From a virus (taxonomy: Duplodnaviria > Caudoviricetes), in IMG/VR virus record IMGVR_UViG_3300027842_000016, positions 1 to 58,094 of that record: a DNA stretch of 58,094 bases; one strand, written 5' to 3'. Below are positions 44,838-54,164 of this stretch, piece by piece; position 1 is the first letter of the stretch; each line of letters opens with the position of its first letter. Below the pieces are notes generated by a model. The model was not told where the DNA came from. It searched no databases and was given only the letters and a program-made list of their open reading frames with translations. The position numbers and the translations under genes are program-made.

Positions 44838-45176
44838 ATGAACATGAGCGGACTGAGAGTGGACGCACCGAAGTTCTCGACGGAAACAAAGGCCAGAATT
44901 ATTACGGTCATAGACTTCATCCGAGACGCGATCACATTGCCGGACGAGGCAGAGAAGGGCACGAGATTCAAGAGCAACGATCATGTGATATGGCTCATCG
45001 AGTCCGGCGCGACAGAGGCGGAGGTCAACGAACAGTTGAACGAAGCCGTGCGCCTTGGACTCATCGAGGCCGCGAGGTCGGACTGGTGGTACAACCATGA
45101 GAAGGACTGGGGAGATGACTACGACTACGCGGAAGAGGTAGAGGATGAGGAAGCAACGAGCGCGGATTACGAATGA
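44838..45176 (+). CDS. Hypothetical protein with acidic tail
   Basis: GGAGGT RBS. Confidence 0.7.
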   Translation: MNMSGLRVDAPKFSTETKARIITVIDFIRDAITLPDEAEKGTRFKSNDHVIWLIESGATEAEVNEQLNEAVRLGLIEAARSDWWYNHEKDWGDDYDYAEEVEDEEATSADYE

Positions 45177-45514
45177 ATCCTTTACTCCTCATCGTGTCAC
45201 TCGGCACAATGACCGTGACGGCGTACCAACCGATACCGGCGCAGACGAAGCCGGAGTGCATCAACAGATACCACTGCACCACGTCCATCGACGACGGGAT
45301 CACGATGTACGGGTGCGCGGTGAGTCAAGACCTGCTTAAGTCGGGCGTCGTGAAGTACGGAGACGTGCTAAGCATTCCGAAGATCGGGCTGCGGGTGGTC
45401 AACGACACGATGAACGCGAGACACAAGCGATCAGTGGACGTGCTTGTGTTCTCATATGCGGAGGAGAAGCGGATAGGAGTCCGGCATCTGCCGGTCAGGA
45501 GGATTAGGCAATGA
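45173..45514 (+). CDS. 3D (MltA-like) domain protein; candidate peptidoglycan hydrolase
   Basis: VTAY, CAVSQDL, YGDVLSIP, VVNDT, SVDVL; hydrophobic N-terminus. Confidence 0.75.
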   Translation: MNPLLLIVSLGTMTVTAYQPIPAQTKPECINRYHCTTSIDDGITMYGCAVSQDLLKSGVVKYGDVLSIPKIGLRVVNDTMNARHKRSVDVLVFSYAEEKRIGVRHLPVRRIRQ

Positions 45515-45876
45515 CCAGATCAGAGATCATGAGCCGCATACGCAGCAAGGGGAACAAATCGACGGAGCTGGCAATCATGGAAGTGCTCAAGCGCGATGGA
45601 ATCAAAGGGTGGCGAAGGCACGTAAAGGTGCTTGGGATCGACGTTGATTTTTACTTTCGATCATCACGCACGTGCCTGTTCGTCGATGGATGTTTCTGGC
45701 ACGGCTGCCCGAAGCACCTCACGTTCAGGAAGGCGATGCGTCTCCCGCTCTACTGGTACAACAAGATAGCGACGAACAAGAGACGCGACGAGAGGCAGGA
45801 GTTGTTGCTCAAGAACCAGGGCTACAAAGTGTGGCGGGTATGGGAGCACGACCTGGTGGGGGTGACCAATGGATGA
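45511..45876 (+). CDS. vsr: Very-short-patch repair endonuclease-like protein
   Basis: RSEIMSRIRSK, FVDGCFWHGCP, RVWEHDL. Confidence 0.85.
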   Translation: MTRSEIMSRIRSKGNKSTELAIMEVLKRDGIKGWRRHVKVLGIDVDFYFRSSRTCLFVDGCFWHGCPKHLTFRKAMRLPLYWYNKIATNKRRDERQELLLKNQGYKVWRVWEHDLVGVTNG

Positions 45877-46131
45877 CATACAGGAGTTAAAGAAATTGTT
45901 CTACCAGTCCATGCTCGCCACCGAAAGGATGAGGGCGCGGCTGGAAGAACTGAAACGGGAGGAATCAAATGAACTTCAAATCGTACCCTAAAGCCAAAGA
46001 CACACCGAGCCGCAAGACACGGAAGTCACTACGCAACACTGTGTTCAGCCACAATTACAAGATGCGGGCGAGGCTCAATCGTGAGCGTCGAAACGCCCGT
46101 CTTAACGATAATTAACATTATAGGAGGAACT

Positions 46132-46668
46132 ATGGATAAATCAACACGAAAACGACGAATTGGTCACGTATCGGAGGTAAGTGCCGGTAACAGAGAGCGT
46201 GTCAGCAGCCATTGCCCGCCAGAAATGACGGACTCAGTGAAAGCGGCTCTCGAAGCAGAAATCGAAGCATTCAAGGCGGACCCGGCCAACGCCGAGATAG
46301 CAATACGAGAAGCACAGGCCAGTGCGAAGGGTGCACCAGTCAAAGATGACTATCAAGATTGGCTAGAGTTGCACGACTTCCGCGAGCCGCTAGAAGCAAA
46401 TCCTGACATCGTGTCCGACGAAGATGGCTTCATCTACGGACCTTCTAAGAAAGACGCTAACACGGTCAAGCTTTTGAAGGAATTTCGCCAGACTCTCACG
46501 GCACGAGAACTTCAGGTATGGAACATGGTGATGAAACATCAGTTCAGTTTGCTCAAGGCGGCAGGTCTGTTGAACATGTCGGAGTCGTCACTGCGGACTC
46601 ACCTGTGGCGGGCGACCAAGAAGTTTCACAAATTCATGGAGGACGCCAAACATGCTGGACAAGATTAA
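46132..46668 (+). CDS. Transcription regulator with C-terminal sigma70-r4/LuxR-like HTH
   Basis: LTARELQVW...AAGLLNMSESSLRTHLWRATKK. Confidence 0.75.
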   Translation: MDKSTRKRRIGHVSEVSAGNRERVSSHCPPEMTDSVKAALEAEIEAFKADPANAEIAIREAQASAKGAPVKDDYQDWLELHDFREPLEANPDIVSDEDGFIYGPSKKDANTVKLLKEFRQTLTARELQVWNMVMKHQFSLLKAAGLLNMSESSLRTHLWRATKKFHKFMEDAKHAGQD

Positions 46669-46846
46669 GTTCTACTGGGATTGGATTCAAAGTCTCTTAG
46701 ACATCGACGGTGACTGCATCATGCTGTGCTACACAGCCGCGATCATCTACAAGACCTTGCACTGTGGACTTAATGCGTATGACGCGGCGGCGTATGCGTC
46801 GGCGGTTGGATGCTTTGCCTATTCCAACAAGGGGAAACAGTCATGA
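46652..46846 (+). CDS. Small membrane protein (holin-like)
   Basis: Two moderately hydrophobic segments and a basic C-terminus. Confidence 0.45.
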   Translation: MLDKIKFYWDWIQSLLDIDGDCIMLCYTAAIIYKTLHCGLNAYDAAAYASAVGCFAYSNKGKQS

Positions 46847-47379
46847 CAACACGAGAGAACGTAGGCCTAATCGTCGTCGGAGTCTTGGGGTGTACGCTCC
46901 TGCTTCAGCGGTGTAACCGGCCCACGACTGTCAAGGGACCGGCACAGCTCACCTATCAAGATGGCGGCAACGTCATCGACATCAAGCACAAGGACAAGAA
47001 TGGCAAGGTTATAGATCAAAAGATTTATGAGCCGGACCCAGGATCGACAGTGGTTACCACAGACAAGAATGGAAATGTGACGGTGAAGGTCCGACAGTTC
47101 GGAGTTGGGTTCGAGCCAGGATTGGGTATCGGTTATAGCGACACGCTGCGCGTCGCCTTGGATGCGAGAGTCGTCTACTTCAAACGGGCCAGCATTCACA
47201 CTGGAATCGGAATGGCCACCGACCCAAAGATGTACAGCCTTAAGTCGAATCTTTTAGACATCGTTGATCCATACGTGGGTGTCGGATATGTGCCCTGGTT
47301 GCGGTTCGCCAACACCTCACTCGTGGCGTCATACACTGCGACGAAACATGCGTTCGTTTTCGTGAGGTTCAGGTTTTAA
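46843..47379 (+). CDS. Membrane protein, N-terminal TM and C-terminal amphipathic beta strands
   Basis: VGLIVVGVLGCTLLL; ends AFVFVRFRF. Confidence 0.65.
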   Translation: MTTRENVGLIVVGVLGCTLLLQRCNRPTTVKGPAQLTYQDGGNVIDIKHKDKNGKVIDQKIYEPDPGSTVVTTDKNGNVTVKVRQFGVGFEPGLGIGYSDTLRVALDARVVYFKRASIHTGIGMATDPKMYSLKSNLLDIVDPYVGVGYVPWLRFANTSLVASYTATKHAFVFVRFRF

Positions 47380-47380
47380 C

Positions 47381-48565
47381 ATGCCCATTTCGACAATCAT
47401 CGAAACGAGCGGCGTGCCGGTCAAGGTCTGGTCGAAACAGATCGAGGTCGAGGCCCAGCAGCAGCTTGAAAACGTAGCGAGATTACCGTTTGTTTTTAAG
47501 CATGTGGCTGTCATGCCTGACGTGCACGCCGGGCGCGGCGCGACCATCGGCTCGGTCGTGGCGACCAAGGGCGCTATTTGTCCGGCGTCAGTCGGCGTTG
47601 ACATCGGGTGCGGGATGATGGCCGTCAAGCTCAGTCTCAGTGCGGAGAATAAAGCCCTATTGCACGCAAAACTTGCGGAGATTAGGCACAGCATCGAGCG
47701 ATCAATCCCTGTGGGATTCGAGAGCAACCGCAACCTCACCACACAAGTTGAGGCTTGGGCGGGATGGACGGCGATAGGAAAGCCAGAGATCGGAAGCAAT
47801 GACACGAAGCGAGCGATGTCACAGATGGGCTCGCTCGGCGGTGGCAACCATTTTATTGAGGTCTGTCTGGACACGGAAGGCGAAGTGTGGGTGATGCTTC
47901 ACTCCGGCTCACGGAACATCGGAAAGGTCCTGGCCGAGAAGCACATCGACAAGGCCAAGGGCCTGATGAAACAGATGTTCATCAATCTACCAGACCCGGA
48001 CCTTGCATACTTTGCTCAAGGAACTCCTGAGTTCAGCGCATACGTGAATGATGTGCGCTGGGCCCAGGATTATGCCATGAGCAACCGCCATGAGATGATG
48101 CGTCGTATCCTCAAGGACCTCGGCTACTTCTTCAATGGCGGCGAACCTCTTGTGCCGGTCGTGTCAGTCAACTGTCACCACAATTACTTGGAGTGGGAGC
48201 ATCACTATGGCGAAAACGTTATCGTCACTCGTAAGGGCGCTGTCCGAGCCAGAGAAGGGGATATGGGAATTATCCCCGGCTCGATGGGAACACGAAGTTT
48301 CATTGTTCGGGGTAAGGGTAACCCCGAATCGTTCAATTCCTGCTCACATGGCGCTGGTAGAAGGATGTCGCGGACAAAAGCACGTCATCAATTTACAGTC
48401 GATGACTTGCGGCAGCAAACTGATGGGGTTGAATGTCGAAAGGATGCAGCTATCATCGACGAGATTCCAGCAGCTTATAAGGACATTGGCGAGGTTATGG
48501 AAAATCAAAGTGACCTCGTTGAAGTAGTGGCTGAGCTGAAACAAATCTTGTGCGTGAAAGGATAA
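47381..48565 (+). CDS. rtcB: RtcB RNA ligase
   Basis: MPDVHAG, VGVDIGCGM, GSLGGGNHFIE, HSGSR, CHHNY, PGSMG, SHGAGR, DEIPAAYK. Confidence 0.97.
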   Translation: MPISTIIETSGVPVKVWSKQIEVEAQQQLENVARLPFVFKHVAVMPDVHAGRGATIGSVVATKGAICPASVGVDIGCGMMAVKLSLSAENKALLHAKLAEIRHSIERSIPVGFESNRNLTTQVEAWAGWTAIGKPEIGSNDTKRAMSQMGSLGGGNHFIEVCLDTEGEVWVMLHSGSRNIGKVLAEKHIDKAKGLMKQMFINLPDPDLAYFAQGTPEFSAYVNDVRWAQDYAMSNRHEMMRRILKDLGYFFNGGEPLVPVVSVNCHHNYLEWEHHYGENVIVTRKGAVRAREGDMGIIPGSMGTRSFIVRGKGNPESFNSCSHGAGRRMSRTKARHQFTVDDLRQQTDGVECRKDAAIIDEIPAAYKDIGEVMENQSDLVEVVAELKQILCVKG

Positions 48566-48569
48566 TAAA

Positions 48570-48824
48570 ATGCAACCAACATCGACAATAGCGTATCAGT
48601 CAATCAAGCCTCAGTTATCAGGCCGGAGAGCACAGGTGCTCAGCATCCTGCGTTTGTTCCCCGCTGGTGCGACGCTCATGCAGCTCTCTGACGAGCTTGC
48701 GTGGCCGATCAACTGCGTCACGGGAAGAGTCAACGAGCTGGTGAAGGCTGGCTTGGTCCGGGACTCAGGGACACGCCGGGCGAATCGCGGAGGCCACACA
48801 GCTATTGTGTGGGAGATATGTTAG
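48570..48824 (+). CDS. Winged-HTH protein
   Basis: TLMQLSDELAWPINCVTGRVNELVKAGLVRDSG. Confidence 0.75.
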   Translation: MQPTSTIAYQSIKPQLSGRRAQVLSILRLFPAGATLMQLSDELAWPINCVTGRVNELVKAGLVRDSGTRRANRGGHTAIVWEIC

Positions 48825-49129
48825 CTCTTCCGCTCTCATTGTGGCTGACGTTCAGCCCGGTCTACTTGACCAGCATGGGATCAGGTTCTGAGTTCGGGGC
48901 CATCATGAGCTACCAGGTCACCAAGCGTGCGTCCTGGGACTTCGAGGCGGGCGTCACGACGGCGACGCAGTTCCGCGACCGGCATGGGTCGCTCGATCTC
49001 ACGTACTCATTGATCAAGGACCGTCTGGACGTGGCGACGGGTGTCGGGTATGAGCAGTATGACTTGTACGGTGTGGACCCCACGATCACAAAGGACCTGC
49101 ACTGTCGAGTCAAAGTCAAAGTGTTTTAA
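48818..49129 (+). CDS. Small exported beta-strand protein
   Basis: Hydrophobic N-terminus, alternating strands, terminal Phe. Confidence 0.55.
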   Translation: MLALPLSLWLTFSPVYLTSMGSGSEFGAIMSYQVTKRASWDFEAGVTTATQFRDRHGSLDLTYSLIKDRLDVATGVGYEQYDLYGVDPTITKDLHCRVKVKVF

Positions 49130-49316
49130 GGCCATCGCCTACCAACTCACATAAGCGGTAGGGAGTGTATGGGCAGCATCTCCTCAGTATGGCCTGGGAT
49201 GCACGGGCGGCAATAAAGTCCGCCCGTCAATTTGAAAGGACAGTATGGAAATACTATTCGCATCTGGCAACACAGTGTGCATAGACCAGTATTGGTCCCC
49301 TAAAGGAGGAAGTAAA

Positions 49317-49838
49317 ATGGGTGCTGCAACAACTGAAAGACCGCAGTCAGTAGAGAACATCAAGGTCCTGCAAGTAGGAAAGTTCGGCGTGCGTATCGAC
49401 GAGAAAACGTGGATGGGTGTGAATGAACCATTGACGCCCCAGCATTTCGCCGTCGGAAGCGGATATAAAGTTTCCGTCACCACGTCAAAGACCGGCAAGA
49501 AGTACATCAACTCGATCATCGGCGTGGAAGATGCTCAGACAGCTCCGACCACTGCTCCGGCAGAGACGGATGCCGTCAAAGCCGCCGAGGAAGCGTTGAA
49601 GAAGGCCAAGGCCAATGCTGAAGAAGCAGCCGCCAAAGCGAAAGCACAAGCTGAAGCTCCGAAGCCCGCAACTCAGGCCGCTGGCATGGACCTCAAGACC
49701 CGGCAGATACAGCGTCAAGGCAGCTTCCAGGCCGCGCTTCAGTCTCCGTTCCTTGGGCAGTTAGCCACGAACGTCACTGAGTATCTGTCCTTTGTGCGCC
49801 AGGCCGCTGATGAAGCCGTCAAATACATCAATGAGTGA
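49317..49838 (+). CDS. Putative ssDNA-binding/recombination protein
   Basis: OB-fold-like N-terminus, Ala-rich linker, QIQRQGS helix; first gene of the replication block. Confidence 0.45.
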   Translation: MGAATTERPQSVENIKVLQVGKFGVRIDEKTWMGVNEPLTPQHFAVGSGYKVSVTTSKTGKKYINSIIGVEDAQTAPTTAPAETDAVKAAEEALKKAKANAEEAAAKAKAQAEAPKPATQAAGMDLKTRQIQRQGSFQAALQSPFLGQLATNVTEYLSFVRQAADEAVKYINE

Positions 49839-49981
49839 TCCGACTGTAAACGAAATCTGCAAGGCTATCCTTCAGAAGCCCTGCATTTACACGAAGCCGC
49901 CATTCAAGTATATAGGCGGACATGAGTTCTGTCCATGTATCACAGAAGCAATTCGTCAAGCCTACATCGGAGGGTATCGTC

Positions 49982-50254
49982 ATGGAAAGTCAGGAGCTGA
50001 ACCAGAAGTCGGAAGAGAACCAATCGAGACGAGTAGCAGTAGTGCCGGTATCAGTGGCGCTTCTGGAACACCTGCTCCCGATGGGCAGCAAGATTCTGGG
50101 AGTAAGCCAGAATGACTACAGTCACACGGTCAATGTGCTGATAGCTCACGACTCTTTTGACGAGGTTCCATTTGGTGAATTACCTCCGACGAAAACATTG
50201 ATGGTCTATAAGTCACCATATCCTGTGGTATCAAAGGTAGAGTATGCCTCATAA
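49982..50254 (+). CDS. Hypothetical protein
   Basis: GGAGGG RBS. Confidence 0.55.
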   Translation: MESQELNQKSEENQSRRVAVVPVSVALLEHLLPMGSKILGVSQNDYSHTVNVLIAHDSFDEVPFGELPPTKTLMVYKSPYPVVSKVEYAS

Positions 50255-50915
50255 AGAAGTAGTCAGCAAAGGAATTCGCATCCCCTCGGTCACCCAGGTC
50301 ATCGGGTGTCTCGACAAGCCCGCGCTATATGCCTGGTACGGCAAGTACGGGAACGAGGAATGCAACAGGATCAAGCAAGAGAGCGCCGACTTCGGGACGG
50401 CGGTCCATGAACACATCGACCAGTACATCACGGGCCAGGAGCCCCATCCTGTGGAGTACAAGGAAGGCGTGAACGTGGAGATGGTCAAGCTGTGCTTCAC
50501 TAACTTCAAGGAATGGTATGATCATTCTGGAATGGAGGTCGTCAGTGCTGAGCCTAAGACAGCAGTTATTAGCAAGCGGTATAATTTCCAAGGTACTTGG
50601 GACTTCATCGGTAAAAGGAAAGACTGGAACGGCCTCTGGCTCCCTGCCGACTGGAAAACGTCGAACCAAATCTACGACACGGTTGGTATACAGCTCGCGG
50701 CTTACGCGCACCTCTACGGCGAGAACGAGGGACTCTCGGACGAAGAGATTTTTAAGAAATTTCGGGATGGGTTGGGAGTGAGGATTGACAAAAAGACGGC
50801 GAAGGTCTATGAGAAGCCGTTCACAGGCCTCGGCTTCTACTTCGAGGTGTTCAAGCACTTGCTGCATGTGTACCAGTTCCACACGAGGACTGGGGCCTGG
50901 GACGCGGGGGAATGA
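50244..50915 (+). CDS. PD-(D/E)XK exonuclease (RecB/Cas4-like)
   Basis: PSVTQVI, GTAVHE, GTWDFI, ADWKTS, QLAAY. Confidence 0.85.
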   Translation: MPHKEVVSKGIRIPSVTQVIGCLDKPALYAWYGKYGNEECNRIKQESADFGTAVHEHIDQYITGQEPHPVEYKEGVNVEMVKLCFTNFKEWYDHSGMEVVSAEPKTAVISKRYNFQGTWDFIGKRKDWNGLWLPADWKTSNQIYDTVGIQLAAYAHLYGENEGLSDEEIFKKFRDGLGVRIDKKTAKVYEKPFTGLGFYFEVFKHLLHVYQFHTRTGAWDAGE

Positions 50916-51472
50916 TGGACATCCAATCAGACTACAACATGGTGATGGTGGACCTCGAAACCATGAGCACGCGCCGGGATGCGGCCATCATATCCATCGG
51001 GGCCGTCAAGTTCTGGACCAATGTCAAACAGGACGAGTTTACCAATGATCAGCTGTTCTATCAGACGGTATCGCTCAAGTCCTGTGAGAAGGTCGGGCTG
51101 CACATCGACGCCAACACTGTGGAGTGGTGGCTTCAGCAGAGTAAAGAGGCGCAGTCGGCACTCTTTGATAACCGGCGCAAGGACCTGCACAGTGCGCTCT
51201 ATGCGTTCGCCAACTGGTTCCCAAAGGCCGCGTACCTGTTCGGCAATGGGGCCACGTTCGACAACATAATCCTCCGCAACGCCTTCGAGGCTTGTGGGGT
51301 TCAGTACCCAGTCTCGTATCGGAACGACATGTGCTACAGGACCTTGGCGCGTATGTCAGATGTCGTCGTGGAAAAGACAGAGGGTGTGAAGCACAACGCC
51401 TTGGATGACGCCATCCGTCAGACCAAGCATCTCATGGCAATTTTGGAGAAAACTCCGTGGCACGGAAAATAG
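50912..51472 (+). CDS. DEDDh 3'-5' exonuclease (Rv2179c/ExoVIII-like)
   Basis: MVDLET, IISIGAV, GNGATFD, HNALDDA. Confidence 0.88.
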   Translation: MMDIQSDYNMVMVDLETMSTRRDAAIISIGAVKFWTNVKQDEFTNDQLFYQTVSLKSCEKVGLHIDANTVEWWLQQSKEAQSALFDNRRKDLHSALYAFANWFPKAAYLFGNGATFDNIILRNAFEACGVQYPVSYRNDMCYRTLARMSDVVVEKTEGVKHNALDDAIRQTKHLMAILEKTPWHGK

Positions 51473-51481
51473 GAGCACTGC

Positions 51482-53317
51482 ATGGAAATAATGGAGCCGC
51501 AAGTACGACAGCTTTACAGGCTGCTCGGACATGGCGAGACGCCGGAAGGTCACTCCGATGTTAGATGTATTATCCCTCTGGGTTCTCCTGTGGAGCAGGA
51601 TAAAGAGTTCCAGGACCGGCTTACAGAGTTCAAGAGAAAGAACAGCCGGGAGCCAGATGAAAAAGAATTCCGGGACCTCCACGTCATCAGTCGTCTCATC
51701 ATCAAGGGAGAACAGGCTGTGGTGGACTGGGCTCGAAAGTTCAATGGACGTGGGAACTGCTATATTGGACGCACCGCCAGGAAAGCCAATGGTACTTTGC
51801 ACGAATTTAGGACGATCACTGCGGACATTGACCCTGATCGAGAACGCGGTTCGGCAGCGTCGATTGAACTCTCTACCCGCGCTATTCAGGCAGGTCGGGA
51901 GCTACTGCGTCACTTTACCGGCGGTTACATTGCCTCAAGTGGAAATGGGGTCCTTGTTCTCTACCGATTGCAGTCTCCTGTGGTCGGAGACTTTAAGGAC
52001 TTTGAAGGACGCTACAAAATCTTTGAGGAAGAAATGCGTAAGGTTCTTCCAGAAGGAGTCACGTTAGATGCCACATTCGACACTGCAAGGATGGTTAAGC
52101 TCCTGGGAACGACATCGACCAAGGGTGATCGAGCAAGTTGGCGCGTCGCCCGATTCATTGACTTTCCGAGTCTACCCTACCTTCGCAACGGAATTCTTGA
52201 CAGAATTAAAGCTTGTGCAGCAGCACCTTCAGCTGCCGTTAACACGCTCGCTCCTAAAGACATTGGCTACAAATCTCGAAGTGAGGCCGCCTACGGGCTG
52301 GTTGCTTTCTGTAAGGCAAAGGGACTTAGCCGAGAAGCTGCCCTTGCGAATCTTGAGAAAGACCCATTTGGCCGGGGCAACAAGCCAGAGGACAATCAGC
52401 GGATCATCACCAAAATCTACGACGGAGAGCCGGACCCAGAGTCCAAATCTGGACTCGAACTCCACGAACTTCAGTATCGCGCCGGAGGGGACAATCTCAA
52501 GGCGCACAGGAATCGTCTCTTCAGCCGAAAGAATGCCACACCAGAGATGGCCCTCGGACTTTCCATCATCGACCGTAACACTTGGGGATTCCGCCGGGGT
52601 GAAATCTTCACCATTGCAGCTCGTCCTTCTATCGGAAAGACTTCGATTGCTGTTTCAATCGCTGCAAGACTGGCAAGGGATGGTAAACGAGTGCTGTTCT
52701 TCACTTCCGAAATGTCTACTGACTCAACATACGACCGACTCCTACAGGTACTATCAACTGTGTCAGGCGATAAGTTCAACACTGGAAACTTTACAGACGA
52801 GGATAAAGGGAAGCTCGACGCTGCTTACGCAGAGCTGGACGGCTTTGGAGAGCGACTTGCGCTCTGTGACAAACCTTCTCCTAACATCTACCAAGTCAAA
52901 AAGCTCGCGGAGAAGCTCAGGCCGGACCTTGTGATCTATGACCATATTCAACACATCGGTGGAGAGGCAGACAGCAGTCGGGCGAACGTTTCGGGCTTCA
53001 TTCGAGGACTTAAGGATGTTGCGCGAGAACTTGATTGTGCTGTGCTTGCACTTAGCCAGATTAGAAGGCTGTATCGGGACCCTAAGACCGGCAAGGAAAT
53101 ACGGCCCACTCTCTCCGACCTCAAGGAAAGTGGCACGATTGAGGAAGAAAGCGGAGCGGTTCTCCTCTTTTCTATCCTCTCTGACGAGCCAGATAACTCT
53201 GTCCGATGTATATATGGTGAACTCGCTAAGAACCGATTCGGACCTCTTGCTGTGGTGGGTATTGAGTTCGACAAGTTTACCGACACCTGGAAAGACATGG
53301 AAGTCATACCACAATGA
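51482..53317 (+). CDS. Primase-helicase (N-terminal primase-like domain plus DnaB-like helicase)
   Basis: ADIDPD, SSGNG, RMVKLLGT; AARPSIGKTS, SEM, LSQIRR, SDLKESGTIEE, KNRFG. Confidence 0.9.
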   Translation: MEIMEPQVRQLYRLLGHGETPEGHSDVRCIIPLGSPVEQDKEFQDRLTEFKRKNSREPDEKEFRDLHVISRLIIKGEQAVVDWARKFNGRGNCYIGRTARKANGTLHEFRTITADIDPDRERGSAASIELSTRAIQAGRELLRHFTGGYIASSGNGVLVLYRLQSPVVGDFKDFEGRYKIFEEEMRKVLPEGVTLDATFDTARMVKLLGTTSTKGDRASWRVARFIDFPSLPYLRNGILDRIKACAAAPSAAVNTLAPKDIGYKSRSEAAYGLVAFCKAKGLSREAALANLEKDPFGRGNKPEDNQRIITKIYDGEPDPESKSGLELHELQYRAGGDNLKAHRNRLFSRKNATPEMALGLSIIDRNTWGFRRGEIFTIAARPSIGKTSIAVSIAARLARDGKRVLFFTSEMSTDSTYDRLLQVLSTVSGDKFNTGNFTDEDKGKLDAAYAELDGFGERLALCDKPSPNIYQVKKLAEKLRPDLVIYDHIQHIGGEADSSRANVSGFIRGLKDVARELDCAVLALSQIRRLYRDPKTGKEIRPTLSDLKESGTIEEESGAVLLFSILSDEPDNSVRCIYGELAKNRFGPLAVVGIEFDKFTDTWKDMEVIPQ

Positions 53318-53589
53318 AATCAGTCAATAAGGCCGTGTATATCGAGTGGCGGTATCCCAAGACCGTGGAAGAGGGGAACCTGTGCGGCCTGACGGAGTAC
53401 GAGAGCAAGTACGTGGCGAAGATATTCATAAACACGAAGATGGGGAAGAAGCACCTTACGGACACATTCTTTCATGAGATGGATCATATGTTCTTTGCAT
53501 TCCACCGTCGGCGGGGAAAAATGCACTCCAAAAGGGAGGAGGCACTTGCTACACAAATCGGTCAGTCTTGTGCCTACTTATTGAAATGA
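53314..53589 (+). CDS. Small HExxH metalloprotease-like protein
   Basis: DTFFHEMDH...EE. Confidence 0.65.
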   Translation: MKSVNKAVYIEWRYPKTVEEGNLCGLTEYESKYVAKIFINTKMGKKHLTDTFFHEMDHMFFAFHRRRGKMHSKREEALATQIGQSCAYLLK

Positions 53590-54164
53590 TAACAGCTTAT
53601 ACATGCCAGTCCATGACGGGACGGATGTGCGACGAAATGATCGTCGAAGCAAGGATGCTTGAGCGCGTGCTGCGGAACTATGGGATCAGGATACTGAATC
53701 CCGTCCTGGCCGAGTTGGCCTTCATTCCGAATGAGCACGTTATTCTGCCTCATGTGCCGACTGACATCCTCGAAAAATTCTGGAAGATGGATAAGGTCAT
53801 GATCAAGGAAGCCGATGTGATCATCGACTACAAGACGCAGAACAAGAGCGATGGCAGCAACAATGAGATCGGCTACAACCGCTGGTGCTTGTGGAAGCCC
53901 ACCGTCCGTGTGTGGGAAGGCCCCGGCGCTCTCATCAGCCGGATGGAGTACGAGGTCATCGTGCCGACGCTGAACGACGCCATAGACGTGATCAACGACA
54001 AGTGGGGCAGCTACGAGAAGCTGGGTGCATGGCGAACAGAGGTTTTAAAACGATCCTTCCCGAAATGGATCGACTATCAAAAAAGTCTGCTTGAGCGCTA
54101 CGGGATGGACAAGGACTTATTTGAGTCCATGATGTTCAAGCAGACGGAATTGGGAGGGCTATAA
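53586..54164 (+). CDS. Nucleoside 2-deoxyribosyltransferase-like protein
   Basis: ILNP, DKVMIKEADVII, SDGSNNEIGY...KP. Confidence 0.55.
   Translation: MITAYTCQSMTGRMCDEMIVEARMLERVLRNYGIRILNPVLAELAFIPNEHVILPHVPTDILEKFWKMDKVMIKEADVIIDYKTQNKSDGSNNEIGYNRWCLWKPTVRVWEGPGALISRMEYEVIVPTLNDAIDVINDKWGSYEKLGAWRTEVLKRSFPKWIDYQKSLLERYGMDKDLFESMMFKQTELGGL

Noticed and set aside
50244-50915. CRISPR-Cas (Cas4-like nuclease)
   Set aside because: No repeat-spacer array or other cas genes; lies in a replication context
52068-52934. Long alternative-frame and antisense ORFs (e.g. 52068-52934, 1144-1869, 38415-39077, 38240-38827)
   Set aside because: Shadows of well-supported genes, without motifs or RBS
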